DNA of 64,000 nt. Origin: the human T2T-CHM13v2.0 reference genome, Homo sapiens. This document shows, one piece after another, positions 51,301 through 63,394 of this stretch. How positions within the stretch are numbered: the stretch's first letter is position 1; each line of letters begins with the position of its first letter. A model generated the notes under the pieces. It had not been told where the DNA came from, searched no databases, and was given only the letters and a program-made list of their open reading frames with translations. The position numbers and the translations under genes were made by a program. The stretch lies in contig CP086569.2 in NCBI GenBank assembly GCA_009914755.4, forward strand, positions 27,712,001 through 27,776,000. Direction: 5' to 3'.

Positions 51301-51410
51301 TTGAAATAGAGCGGAGCAGAGTGGAATGGAATTGAATCATATGGTATTGAATCAAATCGAATGGAATTAAATCGAATGAAAAAACGGAATCAAAAGCAAA
51401 CGAATGGAGT
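48310..51410 (+). repeat. HOR copy P (3101 bp). Recombinant HOR: I-type head (48.31-~49.6 kb) and H/O-type tail (~49.9-51.41 kb). Product of an unequal exchange.
   Basis: The I-type-specific 130-aa string at 49209..49601 is identical to 27445..27837 and 52310..52702. From ~49.9 kb it carries H/O-type variants (HTTPFNP, LNAVPPYS, RSTSS, ILLHS as in 46344..47114). The H-type 10-bp deletion is at ~50980. Strings 50212..50739 and 50873..51355 match 47111.. and 47772.. Confidence 0.65.
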
Positions 51411-54400
51411 CAAACCACATTGGTTAGACTGACATCGAATAATATCAAAAGAAATGCGGTGAAGTGGAGGGGAGTGTACTGAAATGGGGTGGAATGAAAT
51501 TGAATGGAGTGGAGTGGAGTGGAGTCTACTGGAGTGGAATGGAATGGAATGGAAAGGAATGGAATAGAATGGAGTGAAGTGCAGTGAAGTGAAATGGAGT
51601 GGAAAGGAATGGAATGGAAAGAATTGAATCAAATGGAATCGAAGTGAATCGAATCTAATGAAATTGAACGCAATATGTGGAATGAGTAGAATCGAAAAAG
51701 ATGGATTCAAATGGCAACAAATAAAATTGAATGGAATGCGGTGAGGTGGAGGGGATTGGAATGGAGTTGAATGGAATGTGGTGTAATTGAATTGAATGGA
51801 GTGGAGTGGAGTGAACTGGAGTGGAATGGAATGGAATGGGCAGGCATGGAATTGAAAGGCGTGGAGTGGAGTGGAATTGAGAGGAGTGGAATGGAGTAGG
51901 GTGGATTGTGGTGGAGAATAATGGAAAAGAGTGGAGTGGAATGGAACGGATTGGAGTGGAGTGGAATGGAATGGAATTGAGTGAAGTGGAGTGTAGTGGA
52001 ATGGAGAGTAATGGAGTGGAGTGGACTGGAGTGGAGTAGATTGCAGTGCATTGGACTGTAGGGGATAGAAGTGGCTTGGAGTCCATAGGAGTGGAGTGGA
52101 ATGGAATGGAATGGAGTGGAATGGATTGGAACGGAATGGAATGGAATGGATTTAAATGGCAGGGAATCAAATCGAATTGAATCATATTGAATCAAGTCTA
52201 ATCGAGTGGAGGAAAGAAATCGAATGAAATCGAATGGAATGAATTGAATGGAGTCGAATGTCAACCATGGAATCAAAAGTAATGTGGTAAAGTGGAGTGG
52301 AGTGGCGTGTTATGGAGAGGAATGGAATGGGGTGACATGGAATTGAATACATTGGAGAGGAGTGGAGTGGATTGGGGTAGAGTTGAACGGAAAGGGAAGG
52401 AATGGAACTAAATGGAGTGGAGTGGAATGGAGTGGAATGGAATGGAATGGAATGGAATGGAACGGAATGGAGTGCAATGGAATAGAATCACATGGAACTG
52501 AATGAAACCGAATTGAATGAAATTCAATTGAGAAAATGGAACAAATGGAATCAAATCGAACGGATTCGAATGTCATTGAATGGAATCGAAAGGAATGCAG
52601 TGAGGTGGGGTTGAGTGGAATGGAGTGGAATGGAATGGGATGAATGGAATTGAATGGAGTGGAGTGGAATGGAATGGAATGGAAAGGACTGGAATTGAAC
52701 AAAATGGAGTGTAGTAGAATGGAGTGGATTGGAGTGGAGTGCAGGGGAGTGCAGTGGAATGAAGAGGAGTGTAGTTGAATGGAATGGAATGTATGGAATG
52801 TACTGGAATAGAATGGATAAGAAAGGAATGGAATGGAATCGCATGGAATTGAATAGAATCAAATCGAATTGAATAGAATCCAATGGAAAAAATGGAGTCA
52901 AATGGAATCGAATGGCATAGAATCGAACGGTTTTGAATGGCAGTGAATGGAAACGAATGGAATGCGATGAAGTGGAGCAGAGTGGAGTGGAAAGGAGTGC
53001 AATGGAATAGGGTGGAACTGAATTTAATGGAACAGAGTGGATTGGAGTGGACTGGAGTGGAATGGAATGGGAAGGAATGGGATTGAAAGGAGTGGCGTGC
53101 AGTGGACTGGAGTGGCATGGAGTGGAGTGGAGTGGAATGGAGTGGAATGGAATGGAGTGGAATGGAGTGGATTGGAATGGAATGGAGTGCAGGGGAATGG
53201 AATGGAATGGTATAGAGTGGACAGGAATGGAGTGGAGTGGATTGGAATGGAATGGAATGGAATGGAATGGAACTGAATGGACAGGAATGGAATGGAATAG
53301 AATGGAATCACAGGGAATCAAATTGGATTGAATCGAATCGAATGTAAAAAATGAAATCAAATTAAATTGAATGGAATCGAAATGAATGTAAAGAATGGAA
53401 TCCAATGGAATCAAATGGAATCGAATCAAATGGTTTTGAATGGCGTAAAATGAAATCGCGAGGAAGGCAGTGAATTGGAGTGGAGTGGAATAGAGAGGAA
53501 TGAATTGGAATGGAGTGGAGTGGAATGGAGTGGATTCCAGTGGAGTGGAGTGGATTGGATTTTAATGGAATGGAATAGACTGGATTGGAGTGGTGTAGAG
53601 TGCAGTGGATTGGATTGGAGAGGAATGGAGTGGAGTGAAGTAGAGTTGAGTGGAATGGAATGGAGTGGAGCAGAGTGGAATGCAAAAGAATGAAGTGGAT
53701 TGGTGTGGAATGGAATGGCGTGGAATGGAGTGGAATAGAATGGAATGGAATCGCATGGAAGGATATCAAATCCAATGGAATCGAACGAAAATTTTGAATC
53801 CAATGGAATCGAAAGGATTCCAAAGGAACGGATTCGAAAGGCATTTAATGGAATGGAAAGGTATGCAGTGAAGGTTAGTGGAGTGGAGTGGATTGTTTTA
53901 GAGTGAAATGGGGTGGATTGGAACACTATGTGGTGGAGTGGAGTGTAGTGGATCGGAGTGGAGTGCCGTGGAGTGGACTAGAGTGGGGTGGAGTGGAGTG
54001 CATTGGAGTGGAATGGAGTGGAGTGGGGAGGAATGGAATGGAATGGCATCAAATGGCATGGTAGTGAATCAAATGGAATCAAATGGAATGAAATAATGGA
54101 ATCGAAGGCAAACGAATGGAATCGAATTGCACTGATTCTACTGACTTCGAAGAAAATGAAATGAAATGCGGTGAAGTGGAGTGGAGTGGAATGTATTAGG
54201 GTGGAATGGAATTGAATGGTGTGGAGTGGAGTGGAGTGCCCAGGAGTGGAATGGGAAGAAATGGAATTGAACGTAGTGGAGTGGAGTGGAATGGAGGGTA
54301 ATGGAGTGGAATGGAGTGGAGTGGAGTAGAGTGGAATGGGTTGGAGTGGAATGCAGAGGACAGGAGTGGAGTGTTGTGGACTGGAGTGGAGTGGTGTTGA

Positions 54401-54526
54401 GTGGAGTGGATTGGATTGAAATAGAGCGGAGCAGAGTGGAATGGAATTGAATCACATGGTATTGAATCAAATCGAATGGAATTAAATCGAATGAAAAAAC
54501 GGAATCAAAAGCAAACGAATGGAGTC
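51411..54526 (+). repeat. HOR copy Q (3116 bp) = copy I
   Basis: Landmark at 51411, next at 54527. No 10-bp deletion (~54070 has both caaatggaat units). Confidence 0.8.
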
Positions 54527-57500
54527 AAACCACATTGGTTAGACTGACATCGAATAATATCAAAAGAAATGCGGTGAAGTGGAATGGAGTGTAATGAAAT
54601 GGGGTGGAATGAAATTGAATGGAGTGGAGTGGAGTGGAGTCTACTGGAGTGGAATGGAATGGAATGGAAAGGAATGGAATAGAATGGAGTGAAGTGCAGT
54701 GCAGTGAAATGGAGTGGAAAGGAATGGAATAGAAAGAATTGAATCAAATGCAATCGAAGTGAATCGTATCTAATGAAATTGAACGCAAAAAATGGAATGA
54801 GTAGAATCGAAAAGATGGATTCAAATGGCAACAAATAAAATTGAATGGAATGCGGTGAGGTGGAGGGGATTGGAATGGAGTTGAATGGAATGTGGTGTAA
54901 TTGAATTGAATGGAGTGGAGTGGAGTGAACTGGAATGGAATGGAATGGAATGGGCAGGCATGGAATTGAAAGGCGTGGAGTGGAGTGGAATTGAGAGGAG
55001 TGGAATGGAGTAGGGTGGATTGTGGTGGAGAATAATGGAAAAGAGTGGAGTGGAATGGAACGGAATGGAGTGGAGTGGAATGGAATGGAATTGAGTGAAG
55101 TGGAATGCAGTGGAATGGAGAGTAATGGAGTGGAGTGGACTGGAGTGGAGTAGATTGCAGTGCATTGGACTGTAGGGGATAGAAGTGGCTTGGAGTCCAT
55201 AGGAGTGGAGTGGAATGGAATGGAATGGAGTGGAATGGACTGGAACGGAATGGAATGGAATGGATTTAAATGGCAGGGAATCAAATCGAATTGAATCATG
55301 TTGAATCAAGTCGAATCGAGTGGAGGAAAGAAATCGCATGAAATCGAATGGAATGAATTGAATGGAGTCGAATGTCAACCATGGAGTCGAAAGTAATGTG
55401 GTAAAGTGGAGTGGAGTGGAGTGCTATGGAGTGGAATGGAATGGGGTGACATGGAACTGAATACAGTGGAGAGGAGTAGAGTGGATTGGGCTAGAGTTGA
55501 ACGGAAAGGGAAGGAATGTAACTAAATGGAGTGGAGTGGAATGGAGTGGAATGGAATGGAATGGAATGGAATGGAATGGAACGGAATGGAGTGCAGTGGA
55601 ATCGAATCACATGGAACTGAATGAAACCGAATTGAATGAAATTGAATGGAGAAAATGGAATCAAATGGAATCAAATCGAACGGATTCGAATGTCATTGAA
55701 TGGAATCGAAAGGAATGCAGTGAGGTGGGGTTGAGTGGAATGGAATGGGATGAATGGAATTGAATGGAGTGGAGTGGAATGGAATGGAATGGAACGGAAA
55801 GGAATGGAATTGAACAAAGTGGAGTGGAGTGGATTGGAGTGGAGTGCAGGGAGTGCAGTGGAATGAAGAGGAGTGTAGTTGAATGGAATGGAATGTATGG
55901 AACGTACTGGAATGGGATGAATAAGAATGGAATGGAATGGAATCGCATGGAATTGAATAGAATCAAATCGAATTGAATAGAATCAAATGGAAAAAATGGA
56001 GTCAAATGGAATCCAATGGCATGGAATCGAACGGTTTTGAATGGCAGTGAATGGAAACGAAAGGAATGCGATGAAGTGGAGCGCAGTGGAGTGGAAAGGA
56101 GTGCGATGGAATAGGGCGGAACTGAATTTAATGGAACATAGTGGATTGGAGTGGACTGGAGTGGAATGGAATGGGAAGGAATGGGATTGAAAGGAGTGGC
56201 GTGCAGTGGAGTGGAGTGGCATGGAATGGAGTGGAGTGGAATGGAGTGGAATGGAATGGAGTGGAATGGAGTTGATTGGAATGGAATGGAGTGGAGAGGA
56301 ATGGAATGGAATGGTATAGAGTGGACAGGAATGGAGTGGAGTGGAATGGAATGGAATGGAATGGAATGGAATGGAACTGAATGGAATGGAATTGAATGGA
56401 ATAGAATGGAATCGCAGGGAATCAAATTGGTTTGAATCGAATCCAATGGAAAAAATGAAATCAAATGAAATTGAATGGAATCGAAATGAATGTAAAAAAT
56501 GGAATCCAGTGGAATCCAATGGAATCGAAACAAATGGTTTTGAATGGCTTAAAATGAAATCGCATGGAAGGCAGTGAATTGGAGTGGAGTGGAATAGAGA
56601 GGAATGAATTGGAATGGAGTGTAGTGGAATGTACTGGATTCCAGTGGAGTGGAGTCTATTGGATTGGAATGGAATGGAACAGATTGGATTGGAGTTGTGC
56701 AGAGTTGAGTGGACTGGATTGGAGAGGAATGGAGTGGAGTGAAGTCGAGTTGAGTGGAATGGAATGGAGTGGAGCAGAGTGGAATGCAACAGAATGAAGT
56801 GGATTGGTATGGAATGGAATGGCGTGGAATGGAGTGGAATAGAATGTAATGGAATCGCATGGAAGGATATCAAATCAAATGGAATCGAACGGAAAATTAT
56901 GAATCCAATGGAATCGAAAGGATTCCAAAGGAATAGATTCGAAAGGCATTGAATGGAATGGAAAGGAATGCAGTGAAGTGGAGTGGAGTGGAGTGGATTG
57001 TTTTAGAGTGAAATGGGGTGGATTGGAACTCTATGGGGTGGAGTGGAGCGAAGTGGATTGGAGTGGAATGCAGTGCAATGGACTGGAGTGGAGTGGAATA
57101 GATTGGAGTGGAGTGGAGTGGATCGGAGTGTAGTGCCGTGGAGTGGACTAGAGTGGGGTGGATTGGAGTGCATTGGAGTGAAATGGAGTGGAGTGCGGTG
57201 GAATGGAATGGAATGGCATCAAATCGCATGGTAATGAATCAAATGGAATCAAATGGAATGGAAATAATGGAATCGAAGGCAAACGAATGGAATCGAATTG
57301 CACTGATTCTACTGAGTTGAAACAAAATGAAATGAAACGCGGTGAAGTGGAGTGGATTGGAATGTATTAGGGTGGAATGGAATTGAATGGTGTGGAGTGG
57401 AGTGGAGTGCCCAGGAGTGTAATGGGAAGAAATGGAATTGAACGGAGTGGAGTGGATTGGAATGGAGGGTAATGGAGTGGAATGGAGTGGAGTGGAGTAG

Positions 57501-57696
57501 AGTGGAATGGGTTGGAGTGGAATGCAGAGGACAGGAGTGGAGTGCAGTGGACTGGAGTGGAGTGGAGTTGAGTGGAGTGGATTGGATTGAAATAGAGCGG
57601 AGCAGAGTGGAATGGAATTGAATCACATGGTATTTAATCAAATCGAATGGAATAAAATCGAATGAAAAAATGGAATCAAAAGCAAACGAATGGAGT
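54527..57696 (+). repeat. HOR copy R (3170 bp), diverged subtype. The first ~0.25 kb is still J-head-like, then many private substitutions and indels.
   Basis: Compared with the canonical form, 10 bp are missing at ~55745 ('GLSGMEWDEWN' instead of 'GLSGMEWNGMG') and ~15 bp at ~55830. Variants include 'tccaatggcatggaatcg' where the canonical form is 'tcgaatggcatagaatcg'. Confidence 0.7.
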
Positions 57697-60600
57697 CAAA
57701 CCACATTGGTTAGACTGACATCGAATAATATCAAAAGAAATGTGGTGAAGTGGAGTGGAGTGTAATGAAATGGGGTGGAATGAAATTGAATGGAGTGGAG
57801 TGGAGTCTACTGGAGTGGAATGGAATGGAATGGAAAGGAATGGAATAGAATGGAGTGAAGTGCAGTGCAGTGAAATGGAGTGGAAAGGAATGGAATGGAA
57901 AGAATTGAATCAAATGGAATCGAAGTGAATCGAATCTAATGAAATTGAACGCAAAAAATGGAATGAGTAGAATCGAAAAAGATGGATTCAAATGGCAACA
58001 AATAAAATTGAATGGAATGCGGTGAGGTGGAGGGGATTGGAATGGAGTTGAATGGAATGGGGTGTAATTGAATTGAATGGAGTGGAGTGGAGTGAACTGG
58101 AGTGGAATGGAATGGAATGGGCAGGCATGGAATAGAAAGGCGTGGAGTGGAGTGGAATTGAGAGGAGTGGAATGGAGTAGGGTGGATTGTGGTGGAGAAT
58201 ATTGGAAAAGAGTGGAGTGGAATGGAATGGAATGGAGTGGAGTGGAATGGAATGGAATTGAGTGAAGTGGAGTGTAGTGGAATGGAGAGTAATGGAGTGG
58301 AGTGGACTGGAGTGGAGTAGATTGCAGTGCATTGGACTCTAGGGGATAGAAGTGGCTTGGAGTCCAAAGGAGTGGAGTGGAAGGGAATGGAATGGAGTGG
58401 AATGGACTGGAACGGAATGGAATGGAATGGATTTAAATGGAGGGGAATCAAATCGAATTGAATCATATTGAATCAAGTCGAATTGAGTGGAGGAAAGAAA
58501 TCGAATGAAATCGAATGGAATGAGTTGAATGGAGTCGAATGTCAACCATGGAATCGAAAGTAATGTGGTAAAGTGGAGTGGAGTGTTATGGAGTGGAATG
58601 GAATGGGGTGACATGGAATTGAAAACAGTGGAGAGGAGTGGAGTGGTTTAGGCTAGAGTCGAATGGACAGGGAAGGAATGGAACTGAATGGAGTGGAGTC
58701 GATATGGAGTGGAATGGAATGGAATGGAATGGAATGGAACGGAATGGAGTGGAATGGAATCGAATCACATGGAACTGAATGAAATCGAATTGAATGAAAT
58801 TGACTGGAGAAAATGGAATCAAATGGAATCAAATCGAATGGATTCGAGTGACATTGAATGGAATCGAAAGGAATGCAGTGAGGTGGGGTTGAGTGGAATG
58901 GAATGGGATGAATGGAATTGAATGGAGTGGAGTGGAATGGAATGGAATGGAACGGAAAGGAATGGAATTGAACAAACCGGAGTGGAGTGGATTGGAGTGG
59001 AGTGCAGGGGAGTACAGTGGAATGAAGAGGAGTGTAGTTGAATGGAATGGAATGTATGGAACGTACTGGAATGGAATGGATAAGAATGGAATGGAATGGA
59101 ATCGCACGGAATTGAATAGAATCAAATCGAATTGAATAGAATCAAATGGAAAAAATGGAGTCAAATGGAATCCAATGGCATGGAATCGAACGGTTTTGAA
59201 TGGCAGTGAATGGAAACGAAAGGAATGCGATGAAGTGGAGCGCAGTGGAGTGGAAAGGAGTGCAATGGAATAGGGCGGAACTGAATTTAATGGAACAGAG
59301 TGGATTGGAGTGGACTGGAGTGGAATGGAATGGGAAGGAATGGGATTGAAAGGAGTGGCAAGCAGTGGAGTGGAGTGGCATGGAATGGAGTGGAGTGGAA
59401 TGGAGTGGAATGGAATGGAGTGGAATGGAGTGGATTGGAATGGAATGGAGTGGAGAGGAATGGAATGGAATGGTATAGAGTGGACAGGATTGGAGTGGAG
59501 TGGATTGGAATGGAATGGAATGGAATGGAATGGAATGGAACTGAATGGACTGGAATTGAATGGAATAGAATGGAATCGCAGGGAATCAAATTGGTTTGAA
59601 TCGAATCCAATGGAAAAAATGAAATCAAATGAAATTCAATGGAATCGAAATGAATGTAAACAATGGAATCCAATGGAATCCAATGGAATCGAATCAAATG
59701 GTTTTGAATGGCTTAAAATGAAATCGCATGGAAGGCAGTGAATTGGAGTGGATTGGAATAGAGAGGAATGAATTGGAATGGAGTGTAGTGGAATGTAGTG
59801 GATTCCAGTGGAGTGGAGTGGATTGGATTGGAATGGAATGGAACAGATTGGATTGGAGTTGTGCAGAGTGGAGTGGACTGGAGTGGAGAGGAATGGAGTG
59901 GAGTGATGTCGAGTTGAGTGGAATGGAATGGAGTGGAGCAGAGTGGAATTCAAATGAATGAAGTGGATTGGTATGGAATGGAATGGCGTGGAATGGAGTG
60001 GAATAGAATGGAATGGAATCGCATGGAAGGATATCAAATCAAATGGAATCCAACGGAAAATTATGAATCCAGTGGAATCGAAATGATTCCAAAGGAATAG
60101 ATTCGAAAGGAATTGAATGCAATGGAAAGGAATGCAGTGAAGTGGAGTGGAGTGGAATGGATTGTTTTAGAGTGAAATGGGGTGGATTGGAACTCTATGG
60201 GGTGGAGTGGAGCGAAGTGGATTGGAGTGGAATGGAGTGCAATGGACTGGAGTGGAGTGGAATAGATTGGAGTGGAGTGGAGTGGATCGGAGTGTAGTGC
60301 CGTGGAGTGGACTAGAGTGGGGTGGAGTGGAGTGCATTGGAGTGGAATGGAGTGGAGTGCGGTGGAAGGGAATGGAATGGCATCAAATCGCATGGTAATG
60401 AATCAAATGCAATCAAATGGAATGTAAATAATGGAATCGAAGGCAAACGAATGGAATCGAATTGCACTGATTCTACTGACTTGGAACAAAATGAAATGAA
60501 ACGCGGTGAAGTGGAGTGGAGTGGAATGTATTAGGGTGGAATGGAATTGAATGGTGTGGAGTGGAGTGGAGTGTCCAGGAGTGGAATGGGAAGAAATGGA

Positions 60601-60856
60601 ATTGAACGGAGTGGAGTGGAGTGGAATGGAGGGTAATGGAGTGGAATGGAGTGGAGTGGAGTAGAGTGGAATGGGTTAGAGTGGAATGCAGAGGACAGGA
60701 GTGGAGTGCAGTGGACTGGAGTGGAGTGGAGTGGAGTGGATTGGATTGAAACAGAGCGGAGCAGAGTGGAATGGAATTGAATCACATGGTATTGAATCAA
60801 ATCGAATGGAATTAAATCGAATGAAAAAATGGAATGAAAAGCAAACGAATGGAGTC
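57697..60856 (+). repeat. HOR copy S (3160 bp), diverged subtype related to R
   Basis: Landmark at 57697, next at 60857. Shares R-type indels (e.g. 'GLSGMEWDEWN' at ~58900). Confidence 0.7.
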
Positions 60857-63394
60857 AAACCACATTGGTTAGACTGACATCGAATAATATCAAAAGAAAT
60901 GCGGTGAAGTGGAGTGGAGTGTAATGAAATGGGGTGGAATGAAATTGAATGGAGTGGAGTGGAGTGGAGTCTACTGGAGTGGAATGGAATGGAATGGAAA
61001 GGAATGGAATAGAATGGAGTGAAGTGCAGTGCAGTGAAATGGAGTGGAAAGGAATGGAATGGAAAGAATTGAATCAAATGGAATCAAAGTGAATCGAATC
61101 TAATGAAATTGAAAGCAAAAAATGGAATGAGTAGAATCGAAAAAGATGGATTCAAATGGCAACAAATAAAATTGAATGGAATGCGGTGAGGTGGAGGGGA
61201 TTGGAAAGGAGTTGAATGGAATGGGGTGTAATTGAATTGAATGGAGTGGAGTGGAGTGAACTGGAGTGGAATGGAATGGAATGGGCAGGCATGGAATTGA
61301 AAGGCGTGGAGTGGAGTGGAATTGAGAGGATTGGAAAGGAGTAGGGTGGATTGTGGTGGAGAATATTGGAAAAGAGTGGAGTGGAATGGAATGGAATGGA
61401 GTGGAGTGGAATGGAATGGAATTGAGTGAAGTGGAGTGTAGTGGAATGGAGAGTAATGAAGTGGAGTGGACTGGAGTTGAGTAGATTGCAGTGCATTGGA
61501 CTGCAGGGGATAGAAGTGGCTTGGAGTCCAAAGGAGTGGAGTGGAATGGAGTGGAATGGAATGGAATGGAATGGAATGGAATGGAATGGAATGGAATGGA
61601 ACGGAATGGAGTGGAATGGAATCGAATCACATGGAATTGAATGAAATCGAATTGAATGAAATTGAATGGAGAAAATGGAATCAAATGGAATCAAATCGAA
61701 TGGATTCGAATGACATTGAATGGAATCGAAAGGAATGAAGTGAGGTGGGGTTGAGTGGAATGGAGTGGAATGGAATGTCATGAATCGAGTTGAATGGAGT
61801 GGAGTGGAATGGAATGGAATGGAAAGGAATGGAATTGAACAAAATGGAGTGTAGTAGAATGGAGTGGATTGGAGTGGAGTGCAGGGGAGTGCAGTGGAAT
61901 GAAGAGGAGTGTAGTTGAATCTAATGGAATGTATGGAACGTACTGGAATGGAATGGATAAGAATGGAATGGAATGGAATCGCATGGAATTGAATAGAATC
62001 AAATTGAATTGAATAGAATCAAGAGGAAAAATTGGAGTCAAATGGAATCCAATGGCATAGAATCGGACGGTTTTGAATGGCAGTGAATGGAAACGAATGG
62101 AATGCGATGAAGTGGAGCGGAGTGGAGTGGAAAGGAGTGCAATGGAATAGGGTGGAAATGAATTTAATGGAACAGAGTGGATTGGAGTGGACTGGAGTGG
62201 AATGGAATGGGAAGCAATGGGATTGAAAGGAGTGGCGTGCAGTGGAGTGGAGTGGCATGGAGTGTAGTGGAGTGGAATGGAGTGGAATGGCATGGAGTGG
62301 AATGGAGTGGATTGGAATGGAGTGTATTACAGTGGAGTGGAGTGGATAGGATTGGAATGGAATGGAATGGATTGCAGTGGAGTGGTGCCGAGTGGAGTGG
62401 ACTGGATTGGAGAGGAATGGAGTGGAGTGAAGTCGATTTGAGTGGAATGGAATGAAGTGGAGTGGAGTGGAATGCAGTGAAATGCAGTAGAATGAAGTGG
62501 ATTGGAATGGAATGGAATGGCGTGGAATGGAGTTGAATGGAATGGAATGGAGTGGAATGGAATGGAATAGCATGGAATGAAATCGAATCCAATCGAATCC
62601 AATGGAAAACTATGAATCAAATGGAATCGAATGGATTCCAAATGAGTGGATTCGAATGGCATTGCATGGAGTGGAAAGGAATGCGGTGAAGTGGAGTGGA
62701 GTGGAATGTATTGGATTGGAATGGGGTGTATTGGAATTCTATGGAGTGGAGTGGAGTGGATTGGAGTGGAATGGAGTGGAATGAACTGGAGTAGAGTGGA
62801 ATGGATTGGAGTGGAGTGTAGTGGACTGGAGTGGAGTGCTGTGGAGTGCAGTAGAGTGTGGTGGGGTGGAGTGGATTGGAGTAGAATAGAGTGGAGTGGA
62901 GTGTAATGGAATGGAATGGAATCAAATCACATGGTAACAAATCAAATCGAATGGAAAAAATGGAATTGAATGCAAGCGAATGGAATCGAATTGCACTGAT
63001 TCTACTGAGTTCGAATAAAATCAAATGAAATGCGGTGAAGTGGAGTGGAGTGGAATGAAATGGGTTGGAAAGGAATTCAATGGTGTGGAGTGCAGTGGAG
63101 TGTCCTGGAGTGGAATGGAATGGAATGGAATGGGAAGGAGAGGAATTTTACAGAGTGGAGTGGAATGGAGCGGAATGGAGTGTAATGGAGTGGAGTGGAG
63201 TGGAGTGGAATGGGTTGGAGTGGAGTGCAGTGGACAGGAGTGGAGTGCAGTGGACTGGAGTGGAGTGGAGTGGTAAAGAGTGGAGCGGAGTGGAATGGAA
63301 TGGAATGGAATGGAATCACATGGTATTGAATCAAATCCAACTGAATTAAATCGAAAGGAAAAAATGGAATCGAATGCAAACAAATGGAATCGAA
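60857..63394 (+). repeat. HOR copy T (~2.54 kb), diverged and compacted. Sub-blocks b-e are shortened or rearranged at 62.3-63.4 kb.
   Basis: The landmark at 60857 is canonical. The next landmark is degenerate ('atcacatcgtttcgactgacattgaat', ~63391). Sub-block junction motifs are still recognisable at ~62680, ~63035 and ~63435 but are spaced ~350-400 bp apart. Confidence 0.55.

Larger units (their letters stand above)
29881..54770. repeat. Second copy (X') of the 18.66-kb duplication, expanded to ~24.9 kb by two further single-HOR tandem duplications (N at 42.1-45.2 kb; chimeric P at 48.3-51.4 kb)
   Basis: Offsets to X step 18657, then 21764, then 24865 bp (e.g. 23488..24213 = 45252..45977; 27686..28564 = 52551..53429). 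Identity ends at ~54.6-54.8 kb, where copy R diverges. Confidence 0.72.
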
